NCBI GenBank assembly: GCA_028023455.1
Contig: JAQFVV010000004.1
Location: forward strand, 25,730,001-25,794,000
From: Epiperipatus broadwayi
Taxonomy: Eukaryota > Animalia > Onychophora
Direction of reading: 5' to 3'
DNA length: 64,000 nucleotides
The notes beneath the pieces were generated by a model. It saw only the letters and a program-made list of their open reading frames with translations, did not search any database and was not told the DNA's origin. Positions 12,777-23,264 of the stretch are shown here, in pieces (position 1 is the first letter of the stretch; each line of letters starts with the position of its first letter). The position numbers and the translations under genes were made by a program.

Positions 12777-13878
12777 AAATTAAGGGGAATTTTAACACAG
12801 ACTTTCAAGCTTCCCTCAATCATGCACTCTATCTTATATAACTGATACACATTACCACTTACATGCAAAAATGGTAAATGGTCTCCAATATCCATATTTC
12901 ATGCTTAACCCGCACTTATCAATTGGGTCAAATCATCATTTCAGACACACACACATATATAATCAGTGCTCAATTTATATTAAGATAGTAAATCTACAAC
13001 TTTTATGGATAGGCTTCAATACTACCACTCTTCAACCATCCATATCATTGAAAATCTAATGATGGAATGCTCAAAGCCCTAATTGATTCCAATGTTATTG
13101 TCACACTTATGTTGATCTGAGCTCTCATATGTAGGACATTAATATGCACATTTAAATGCAAAGAAGAAAAATGGGCAGTGTACAGGCTGAATATGTAATA
13201 TTTAAATACAAGTTGGACCAACTGAGGAGTGCTGGTATAGCATGAGATATGTATATTGGAGATCATTTATCTTTTTGCATGTAAGTGATCATGTTTATTG
13301 GTTATATAGATAGTGTCAGACTGAGGGAAGCTTGAAAGTCTATGTTCAGATGCCTTTTAATTACATCTAGCTAAAATATATAAATTTTATTTGTATTTAA
13401 ATATTATATATTCAGCTTGTACACTACGCATCCTTCTGTGTATTTAAATGAACATATTAAGGTTCTATATATGAGGGATCAAAGTGTCTTAAGGTCAACA
13501 TGGGCATGACAATATTGGCATCAATAATGGTTTTGAGCATTCCATCATTAGATTTTCAATGATATTGGTAGTTGAAGAATTGGAGATAGGAGAAGATTGA
13601 AGCCTGTCTATTAAAGTTTGTAGATTTGCTATTTTAATATAAACCAAACACAGATTATATATGTGTATAAGAGATGATCTGGACCAAGTGATGAGTACTG
13701 GTTCAGCACAAAATATGCATATATTGGAGATCATTTATCTTTTTCATATGTATGTGATCATGTGTATTGGTTATATAAGATAGAGTGAATGACTGAAGGA
13801 AGCTTGAAAGTCTGTGTTCAAATTCCTTCTAATTAAATTAGTCTAAGTATATACACTATACTTGTATTTAAATATTAG
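12777..13878. mobile_element. HHR family B composite: inverted arm plus tandem monomers of about 466-472 nt
   Basis: Minus arm about 12777-13212 and plus arm about 13213-13878. HHR cores sit at 13222 and 13688 on the plus strand, with a degenerate minus copy at about 12880-12940. The monomer contains GIY-YIG C-terminus-like peptides (LNEHIK...GQHGHDN...ILVVEE...SLSIK). Confidence 0.8.
13674..13735 (+). ncRNA. Type I hammerhead motif (family B; this copy is mutated, consensus intact)
   Basis: ATGATC-TGGA-CCAA-GTGATGA-GTACT-GGTTC-AGCAC-AAAA-TATGCATA-TA^TTGG-A-GATCAT. The copy at 13222 has CTGAGGA and GAGA, so the consensus of the two is CTGANGA...GAAA. Confidence 0.65.
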
Positions 13879-14647
13879 GTTTTTCTATAACTTTTTTTAA
13901 TCCACACTTTTAAATCCATCTTTTTTTTGGGATGGTTAAAATCCAAAATTTAGAGTAGATGAATTGCAATTATCTTGGGAAAAATTTTCTATAAAATTAA
14001 ATCCCAAAAAGTTTGTAATTTTTATTCTTCTTCTTTCTTCATTCTGATTATGGTAACTCATATCTACAGCATTTATGCTATCATGTATTTATTTTTTAGT
14101 ATATACATAAATTGTAATGTCTCATTATTTTGTAGCATTTTGTCATTATTTCTGATTAATATTTTGATTAGAATAGGATGAGTATTGTGTGATTAGCTGA
14201 TCTTAGTAGGCTATAAAGAAAATTGTTATTCAGTGGCATAAGAATGTGGACTACACACACACAGAGAGAGAGATTGCCCTTGGGTGATTATTATATGGAT
14301 TGTACATTTGAACAGTTATAACCACTTGATTGTACAATACTTAAAAAGTTTTTTTTTTTAAAAAAGAAAAAAGATGTCAAAGTTTATAAACATTTTTGAT
14401 AAACATTTTTTTCTTCATGATGGATATATTTTGGATTTTACATTAGATGGAAGAGTGGTAACATTTTTAAATTTTTGAAAAAATATGCTAGTTTAAATTA
14501 TTATTTTATATCCTTTATTGTGGCTTTTAATAGAATTAAATTCATTAATTTAAACAGTAATTGTAAATTTAGTTGTCTCGATATAATGTGTATCAATCTG
14601 TTAATATAATATGAGATATTCTCAACATTGCCTTAAAATTCATGTGG

Positions 14648-14815
14648 GAGTGCTCTCATATCCAAGGCTCCTCACTGATGAAGGCCACAAGCCAGAAACT
14701 AGTCTGGGGATATTGGATGAGTAGGCACTAGATAGGGATTTTATGCACAAGCCTTCTGGCATCCATTGATTGCTCTTGCTAGCACAAGATGGCACTACTA
14801 TATGGAGAGTTTTGC
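14648..14815 (+). mobile_element. HHR family A truncated copy
   Basis: Matches the 8490-8655 segment of family A from gtgctctca to ggagagttttgc. No clear TSD seen. Confidence 0.85.
14660..14718 (+). ncRNA. Type I hammerhead ribozyme, best-preserved family A copy
   Basis: ATCCAA(14660-65)-GGC-TCCTCA(14669-74)-CTGATGA(14675-81)-A-GGC-CACAA-GCC-A-GAAA(14695-98)-CTA-GTC^(14704)-TGGGGA-TA-TTGGAT(14713-18). Stem I is bipartite and stem III is the palindrome ACTAGT. Confidence 0.82.
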
Positions 14816-16374
14816 TTTATTTTTATATTTATTTGTTGTTGGAGAGGGTTACAATATATTGTAACTATCCAAATGTACAACCCAGATGATAATTACCCAA
14901 GGGTAATCTGCATGTGCATTCCACATTCTGACATCACAGAACAACAATTTCTTCATTTATAGCACACTAAGATCAGCTAGTTACATGAGACTTATCCTAT
15001 GCTAGTTAAATTATTGATTGCTGATAATGACAAAATGCTACAAAATAAGAAGACATTACAATTTATTTACATATATATTAAAATATAACACACACAAAAG
15101 CATAAAATGACTGCCTAGTAAATTTATAAACAAGTTAATATGTTTAACGAATTCTTGTTTCAATAATTAAGTTTATTCATGCAATAATTATGTTTATGCA
15201 CAGATATTATATATGGTATAATACAGTTTAAATGTTTCTCAACACTTATTAAGTAATTCTGAAAAGATATTAACTCAGTGCACAGACTAATAACCCTAAA
15301 CAATTATTATTACAGCTTTAAGGTCAATGAACCTACAGTCTGAGGATATAATAAATTTTTGAACTATTTAAATAACTAGACTACCATAAAATTTTCTATA
15401 AAAGTCTTAATAAATATTTTATAAACTCTTATAATTTAGTATCATCATTTATATTATTTTATTATGTAGTTTTAAGTTATCACTGTACTTTTATTTAATT
15501 GTAATATAACATTTTTTTTTTAAATTTATTTTCTCCACATAATGAAATTAATATAGCATAATAAAATTGCAATAGTTATAGATAACCTTAATATAATATT
15601 TCACATTTGTTTATACATGTTGTGAGTGCCTTATAAATTCAAAACAGCAATAAAAGATATTAAATATCTTATATTATAGTTCTGTTTACTTTTAAATTTA
15701 TTCTAAATGAAAGTACAAAATAATTTTCTTTCTTCTTGCCATCCCAAATAAGTCATAATTAATTTTATAATGCACACAGTAAATATAATAATTAAAACAG
15801 TTATAAAATAAAGAGTAAAATTTCATGTGTAAAAACTTCTTAGTTTGTTTAAATTTGAAATCCATTTTGGCACTTTTTTTTCCAATATGTCTACCAGTTT
15901 TAAATGTGAACTCTTTGTTGATGTAGGCAAAATGGAGTTCCTACTCTATTAATTGCTAGTTAAAATACAATTCAATTCCATTTTTAATTCAATTCAAATT
16001 CGATTTTATTTTTTAATAATTTTTTGCTTCCCCTTAATTTTCAGTTATGTTATTTCAGATGTTATTGCTCATCCATCTAATTCTTCTTGTTCTCCTGTTG
16101 TTCTGGTCTCTTGTTCTTTCCTACAAAAATCAATGTTGGCCTATTTATAAACTTTTATCAGAGAGAATCATGTACAAATTAACAAACCAATGAATTTATT
16201 GTATCTGTATACATTAACATACAATTAATAATTCTATATCTAGAAGCATATGTGATAACTAATTAAGCTGTTCAAAACTATTTTAAATTGCCATAAAAAT
16301 ATGCTTGAGAATTAATTATAGAGATTAATTTAGAATAGCTATGATTTCAAGTCTTTTTGACTATTATTTAATAA

Positions 16375-17388
16375 TAATCAACAAAGTAAGTCATATATAG
16401 CATGACCTTGCTTTTATGAGTTTGTATTTACAAATATGTAATATAGGGAGTATACCAATAGCTCAAACAAGCTCTTCATTGGTAAATACAGTAAAAAAAT
16501 ATTTAAAATCTGTATCTAGAACATTCCCATTCCAAGACCAATTGTTTTTGAGCTTTTGGCTCATCTCAGTGAGGAACTAGAACATTCAGAACATTTATAC
16601 ACTAGATCTAAAATATCAACTCAAAACCCAGCACTTATTTAATATGTAACATTTAAGTCGAACCTCTGAAATTTTTGGACATGAAAATGTTTTTAACTCC
16701 AGCTATCTAACTTAAATAGCTATATGGGACTGAACCAAATTCAAACCTACCATTCTGAGAATTTCAGAGTTGCTACTTAAATGTTATATATTAAATAAGT
16801 GCTGGTTTTTGAGTTGATGTGTTAGATCTAGTGTTTGAATATTCTAGTTCCTCACTGAGGTGAGCCAAAAGCCTGAAACCAATTGGTCTGGGAAGGTTCT
16901 AAATAGAGATTTAAAATTTTTTTTTCTTATAGCACTTTTTTGAGCTATTGGTATACTCCCTACATTACATATTTTTAAATACATGTTCATAAAAGCAATG
17001 TCATGCTATATATGACTTGCTTTATTGATTATTATAATTTTGACTTTAAGACCTTGGCAATGCTAAAGCTATTAATATATGGTAGATCTGAATTTGGTTC
17101 AGTCCCATATAGCTATTTAAGTTAGATCATTGTAGTTAAAGACATTTTCATGTCTGAAAATTTCAAAGTTTTTATTTAAGTGTTACATATTAAATAAGTA
17201 CTGGGTTTTGGGTTGATATAGATCTAGTATCTGTATGTTAGCTCCTCACTGAGGTGAGATAAAAGCTCAAAACCAATTAATCTGGGGGTTGGAATGTTCT
17301 AGATAGAACTTTTAAATATTTTTCTCTTACCACACTTATCAATTAAAAGCTTGTTTGAGCTATTGGTACGCTCCCTATATTACATAAT
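16375..17388. mobile_element. HHR family C composite: inverted arm plus tandem monomers of about 394 nt
   Basis: Minus arm about 16375-16755 and plus arm about 16760-17388. The motif recurs at 16875 and 17269 (period 394). TATTATTTAATAATAAT is present at both flanks (16362-16378 and 17389-17405) as a TSD candidate that partly overlaps the element end. Confidence 0.8.
16848..16895 (+). ncRNA. Type I hammerhead-like motif (family C, variant core)
   Basis: TTCCTCA-CTGAGGT-GAGC-CAAAA-GCCT-GAAA-CCAATTGG-TC^TGGGAA. The other two copies give stem II GAGC/GCTC. Stem III is the 10-nt palindrome ACCAATTGGT. Position 9 is T rather than A. Confidence 0.6.
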
Positions 17389-20300
17389 TATTATTTAATA
17401 ATAATAAAATACCAAATATTTCTATACTTTTAATTTAATTATAACATTAATAAATTATCACATTGATAATTAGTCCATCTGACAGACTGCATATAAAAAG
17501 TCTCATATACAATCTGGCAGAGGTCCTATCACACATCTTGAACAGTCCAATTCTTTAATACTCTCAGGAGATTTATTGACCAAATTTACTTATAATATAA
17601 TTTATCAATTATGATAATAAATCACTGGTATAATATACCTATTTAATATTGAATAGTTATTATTTAATTCCTTACTAATTAAAACTTAAAATTTTATATA
17701 ATTGACCATTTAAATAGGACTTGATAAATATTGAGTTCAACTATAAGGTTACAATATATATATGTTTGAATGTATTAGTCTATTTTAAAAAGTGAAAATT
17801 AACAACACTTTTAGATATATATTCAAAATTAATATCAACAAAAATATATATAGACAAATATATATCAGAGTGCTCATTGCATGTATTGCTTAACCAGACT
17901 GCATACTACCTTACATTGAGCAAAAGCAAAACTAATGGATAAAAATAAAATGTCAACATTTATTTTTGAATTTTCAAAATCAGAAAGCATATTAAATAAA
18001 ATCAAGAAAATCATATATTTTGCACTAAAAATAATTAATTTAATAAAACAATATCAATTACTTAACAAATAAACACACTGTTGAAAAATAATATATATAT
18101 TTTAATGATCAATGAAAAGAGCCTTTAACGTAATCTGCTTTACACGGGCGCCATCTAGGCATTTGAACCTAGAAAAATTTATATAGTAGGCAGATACGTA
18201 CATTAAGATTCAAAAAATTCTTATATATATTATTCTGACTGTTTGCCCAAGGTCACTAGCTCATAGAGTAGCAGAGATTTAAACATTTTTATAAGTTTTA
18301 ATAGATTTGGATTCTCAAAATATATTAATATTTAAAACAATAAAATAAAAGAAGCCACTGCCAGTAATTAACACACAAATAGATTTTATTAACGCACATT
18401 TAAAATTTGAGGAATAAATTTATTTTAAATTTTAACATTAATAATTTTTTTAAATTTAAATTCAAATTACTATTTAAATAGACCGCACAGATGGATATTT
18501 AAATTATAGTTTACTTTAGCATGTCGAGCCTAGATAGTCTACATAGATTTTTTTTTCCACTTAAAACTTATCAAAACATTCATTCAATCTCAGACTAAAA
18601 GTTCATAGCCAACCCAATGTCAGCTTCCAGATATATATTTGCAACTAATGCAATATGAAGATGCTAGCATAAAACCATGCCAACAGGAATGTGCATCTGA
18701 CAGCATGATATTATTTGAAGAAAATGATCCATGTTCAGAACAGGAAAGTGCATCTGCCTGACTAAGGAATCATGTATATAATTATTTTTAAAGAGTGCTA
18801 CATATGGGGGAGAGCGGTCTTTCTGCCATATTATAAATCCCTGTCTATAGAGCTAGAAAGGGTCAATGGCGCAGGAAATACATCTGCGACCATTTCAACG
18901 ATATGACTGCCTCTTTGGGGTCATGCATTCAGTTGGGCACATTGCCCTGTATGCTAAACATGCTTCACATTGCATTAATATCAACACCCATATATCCTTC
19001 CACAAGCAAAACAAATAGCCTGAAATTAAAATCCCTTAAATTAACATAAACGAATTTAAACAGTTATTAATTTTTATCCATGCAGCTATCTACACCCAAC
19101 TTTAATTTAATACATTTTATTTAACAGATAGAAATACATAACCTAGTTAAATACAAACATAAATAATTAAATTAAAAAAAATGGAAATGATTGAAATAGC
19201 AAATGTATATAAAAACAAATATTTATAATTGATTTAGGGTTCTATTCTTGGTCAAATAAGAGTACATTCATTTATATTACTTTTTTTTTTTTTTTGGATT
19301 GATTACTTATTGATGTTATACGGTAATTATTTAAAAGAAAGTTCAATTGGTAAAAGTTTATACTTTACGGACTCTGCAGATTTTGAGGTCCATCTTTGTG
19401 ATCACTTATGTAGATTGTTTGTTCTTCCTTTTTAAAAATGAAGCCACTACTTGCCATTCCTTTTTGGTCCCTAACTGTCATAGGGAGGTCTCAGCTGGTT
19501 GTCGGAAAATTAAATTTATTGCAGACTTCCACATCATGAAAATCTGCAATATAGCTAGTTATAACGACATATTCATAGTCAGCTCTCAGATCACAATTAT
19601 AATAATAATTTTGCTTTTATATTTTTATTAGTCTCTTATCATCCAATCTTTGGATTCAACCAGAAAGATGTCACTAATCCTCTGGTGTTTCAATTACGGT
19701 CCATGCTGACATTTCTGGTGTTTGCATTGGTCATTTAATTTCTTTGTACTCTCTTATCTGACTATTTAATTTATTTTAAATGCCTCAAGGGCCAGCTTGC
19801 TTTCGAACAATCATTTAATTAATAAAACAATCATTTCCATTTTCTAAGATTATAGAAATTAACATTTCTATTTCCAAAAATATCAAATCTTTATATCTTT
19901 ACTTTTTTTTTACAAAAAAAATTACTTTCAAATATTTTTTTTTTTTTTTTAAAATAGTTTTTAAAGTTGTCCATCATGCGATCTATATATACGTTAAACA
20001 GTTTTTAAATTTCAGTTTTTAAGTTAAGTTTTTTTTTTTAATAAATCAATTTTTATTTATGATCTTTTATTTTCATTTTAAAATAATGTGACGGGATATT
20101 ATATTCTGTTACAATATATATATAGAAATGTAAGTATGATAGACAACAATTAATACTGAATTTACAATGTACAACAATTTATGGGTATAAGTTTACATTA
20201 AATAAAATGGAAATAATATATTTTGCAATTAAAAAAATTGTATTAAATAAAGGAATGCAAAGGATAGTTTCCATACAAAATATGCTTTAAATAAACAAAA

Positions 20301-21120
20301 GACAATTCACTTGAGTAGGTGTTTAAAGTATAAGTGTTCCTTAACAAGTCAAGGACAAGTTAAGTCAAAAAGCAATTCATTTGGGGAATATTGGAAAATG
20401 TACTTGTTATAAAATATAAATAAGTCAAAGCACACATTTCAGAAATTGCAATCACCCATAAACCTCAACATGTCTCTATTTTCATATTATGTCAATGGAT
20501 AGCACTAATATATTGAACATCATGATATTAGCCTACTATATTATTAGGGAATTTATACAACTACTATTGGTCCTTTTATTTTTGTGAATTGTATAGAAAT
20601 GTTATCCAAGGGATATTAATCATACCCTTTTTTATTGCATTCTTGAGTGAGATTAGAAACATTTCCATACATGAACTTGCTGTTAATTTTTTTTTGTTTG
20701 ATTAAGCTTAATTCAATTTCATGCATTTGCTTTTGACCTCATACTTGCATTTGATTTAGTAAGGCTTAAAATATCTATCATCTTAAATTATCTATTGTTT
20801 TTTTTTAATTTACACATTTTTGATATTCATTACCTATTGGTTTTTTTATTTAATTTAGTACAAGTTTTGTGCTTGAACTATATTTTGCTTTCATTTAATA
20901 GACATTTTGTACAGCAAACATAAGTGTATGAGTTATCATAATAAGTTGCATAACTATTTAGATTATAAAATACACTTACATCAATGTGTTAAACAGAGTA
21001 ATTATACTACAAGTTATTAATTATTCTGTTTAACATTTTGACACTTTAAGTGAGGTTTGTGTTTTTTTACATATTATATATAGAATTTACCAAATTTATC
21101 ACTTCCTTTATTTTGCTATA

Positions 21121-21445
21121 TCTTATATAATAAAAGCAATTTATTCACTGTACTTTCAACACTTTTTAGCAAAAATCTTTTATTGTACATATATGCATAC
21201 ATAAGCTTATGTTTCTACTGTCCTGCAGTCTTATTCAGTGCTTTTGTCATATTTCGATTTTTTATTGTTTACATTTTTATGGTAATATTTATATAGTTAT
21301 GTATTTTATTTTGTTCATTATATCATAGCTCTGAAGAAGCCTGCAGGACAGTCAAAAGATAAGATTGTGTATACATATATGTACATTAAAAGATTTTTGT
21401 TAAAAAGTGTTTAAAATACAGTGAATAATTTGCACTTATATATAG
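21121..21445. mobile_element. Second copy of foldback family D
   Basis: Arms match 1250-1578 (tattgtacatatatgcatac...ctgtcctgcagtctt.ttcag and its complement ctctgaagaagcctgcaggacag...atatgtaca). Confidence 0.7.
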
Positions 21446-21919
21446 AATTTATTTTATAAAAGTTTAGAATGTAACTGTAATATATTCAAGATAAATATTT
21501 CAAAATAAAAGTTCTTACTTACAGCATCTTTATGATAAGGAGGTCGTGTTTAAATTTCAATACCTTTTTTTTTCATGTAAGTTAAATTTATTCTACAATA
21601 GCAATTATCCAAATTTTATTTTATGTATGCTTTCACACATATGTTGATAATGATAATGGTCATTAAACTATTATTTTTTACATATATCTGAAAATTTCTG
21701 ACAAACTTGTAAAATCATTAGATGATGTTAGAAAAGAAAAGTTGGAGAAAGACCATAGAAAAATGAAACTTTATAACATTTAATTGTAAGACATGACCAA
21801 ATTTACTAAATCTTGATGGATGCAAAAATACTTCTAAAAATTATTATAATCACTGCCAAATATGGTATAATATTTCAAACTTTTAAACTCAAGCTTGATG
21901 AAATGAGAAGAAAAACATA

Positions 21920-22195
21920 TATAATATACCATATTTTCCTTAATAAACACTTTACAATGCAATTTTAACATATGATTTTTTTTTTTGCTTACAGTTTCAA
22001 CTACCCAGCAGTCATCATCAGAGCTCTTTTAAACTTTACTACACCATTTCAGATAGGAAAAATGGTATAGTAAAGTTTAAAAGAGTTTTAATGACTGCAG
22101 GGCAGTTGAAACTGTAAGCAAGAAGAAATAAATCATCTGTTAAAATTGCATAGTAAAGTGTTTATTAAGGAGTATACAGTATATTACATATATAT
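21920..22195. mobile_element. Foldback PLE pLTR-like element with minimal HHR (family E, related to D)
   Basis: Arms of about 130 bp are centred near 22050. The minus strand at 21987-22024 reads GCT-CTGATGA-T-GACTGC-TGG-GTAGTT-GAAAC-T-GTA^AGC. The plus arm has lost part of the core. Confidence 0.75.
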
Positions 22196-22928
22196 AATTG
22201 ATCAATGCAAATAAGGAGAAGAAGTGGAAAGAAATTTTAATACTTCATTAAAAAAAAATATTTGAGTAGAATTGCAAGTTTCTCTTTGGGAATATTTCTC
22301 TAATATTAATCTGATAAAACCTGTAGATATTGATAAACTTGAACTTGCTCTTGACTATCTTAAATTGGGAAAGACTCCAGGAACATATAGCATATATCCA
22401 GAGTTTAATAAAAATTAGGATCTAAAGCCAAAGCAATCTTAGTAAAATTGTATAACAACATTAGTCACCAAAAATACTTCAAAAATTTGACATAAAAGCA
22501 AAACTATAACAGTCTTAAGACCAAATAAAACCAGTGATTCCATTATTATGTATACTTCACAAACTTTTAAAAAGAATCATAGTAAGATTTTAACAAATGG
22601 TTAGGAGCTATCTATACATGTAATACACTGATTTTAGATCAAGAACCAGCTGCTAAGAACAAGTTTTATATAAATTAGAAACAGATGATATCTTATGTAA
22701 CTTATAATTCTGTTTAAAAAAATGGTCTTCTAAATTTTTCAAAAATTCTTAAATGTAGAAAAAGTATTAATTTTTTGACAAAATGCTTTTCTATTTAATA
22801 GAAAAAAATCAAATGATACTAAATGATAAACAAAGTTGATACAAAATTTAACAACAGGTCTACCACAGAGTTTTTTTTTTCCATTTTATTTAATATTTTT
22901 ATCAAAGATCTTTTAAGCATAGATTCAC

Positions 22929-23264
22929 ATGATCACCATTTCTTATGCTTACTTAAACCTGTTATTAAAACAGGACAAACTCTCCATATGTATTGCCACT
23001 CAGTGCAAGCCATAGTAATCAATGGATGCCAGAAGGCTTGTGCATAAAATCCCCATCTTGTGCCTACTTATCCAATATTCCCACACTAGTTTCTGTCATG
23101 GCCTCAGATCCAAGGCTCCTCCCTAATGAAGGCCACAAGCCAGAAACTAGTCTGGGGATATTGGATGAGTAGGCTAGATGGAGATTTTATGCATAAGCCT
23201 TCTGGCATCCATTGATTACTCTAGCTTTCTGTGTGTGGCAATATGTATACTGAGTTTTGCCTGC
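22929..23264. mobile_element. HHR family A inverted composite inserted in LINE RT
   Basis: Minus arm 22929-23104 and plus arm 23103-23264. The core is mutated to CTAATGA. A diverged TSD reads tttaagcatagattcac (22912-22928) and tttaagtataaattac (23265-23280). Confidence 0.85.

Larger units (their letters stand above)
14070..15110. repeat. Pair of diverged inverted repeats of about 250 bp (14070-14325 and 14859-15110)
   Basis: gtaactatccaaatgtacaacccagatgataattacccaaggg (14860) matches the reverse complement of cccttgggtgattattatatggattgtacatttgaacagttat (about 14278-14320). Similarity continues to the cattacaatttat/ataaattgtaatg block. Confidence 0.7.

Noticed and set aside
13319-13342. Second hammerhead in family B (GACTGAGGGAAGCTTGAAAGTC, also at 13791)
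   Set aside because: A9 is absent, there is no room for stem II or III loops and no consistent stem I. It is better explained as a simple AGAC/GTCT hairpin.
19460-19520. mir-133-like precursor (ttggtccc..., cagctggttg)
   Set aside because: Only short partial matches, in the wrong order, with no pre-miRNA hairpin.
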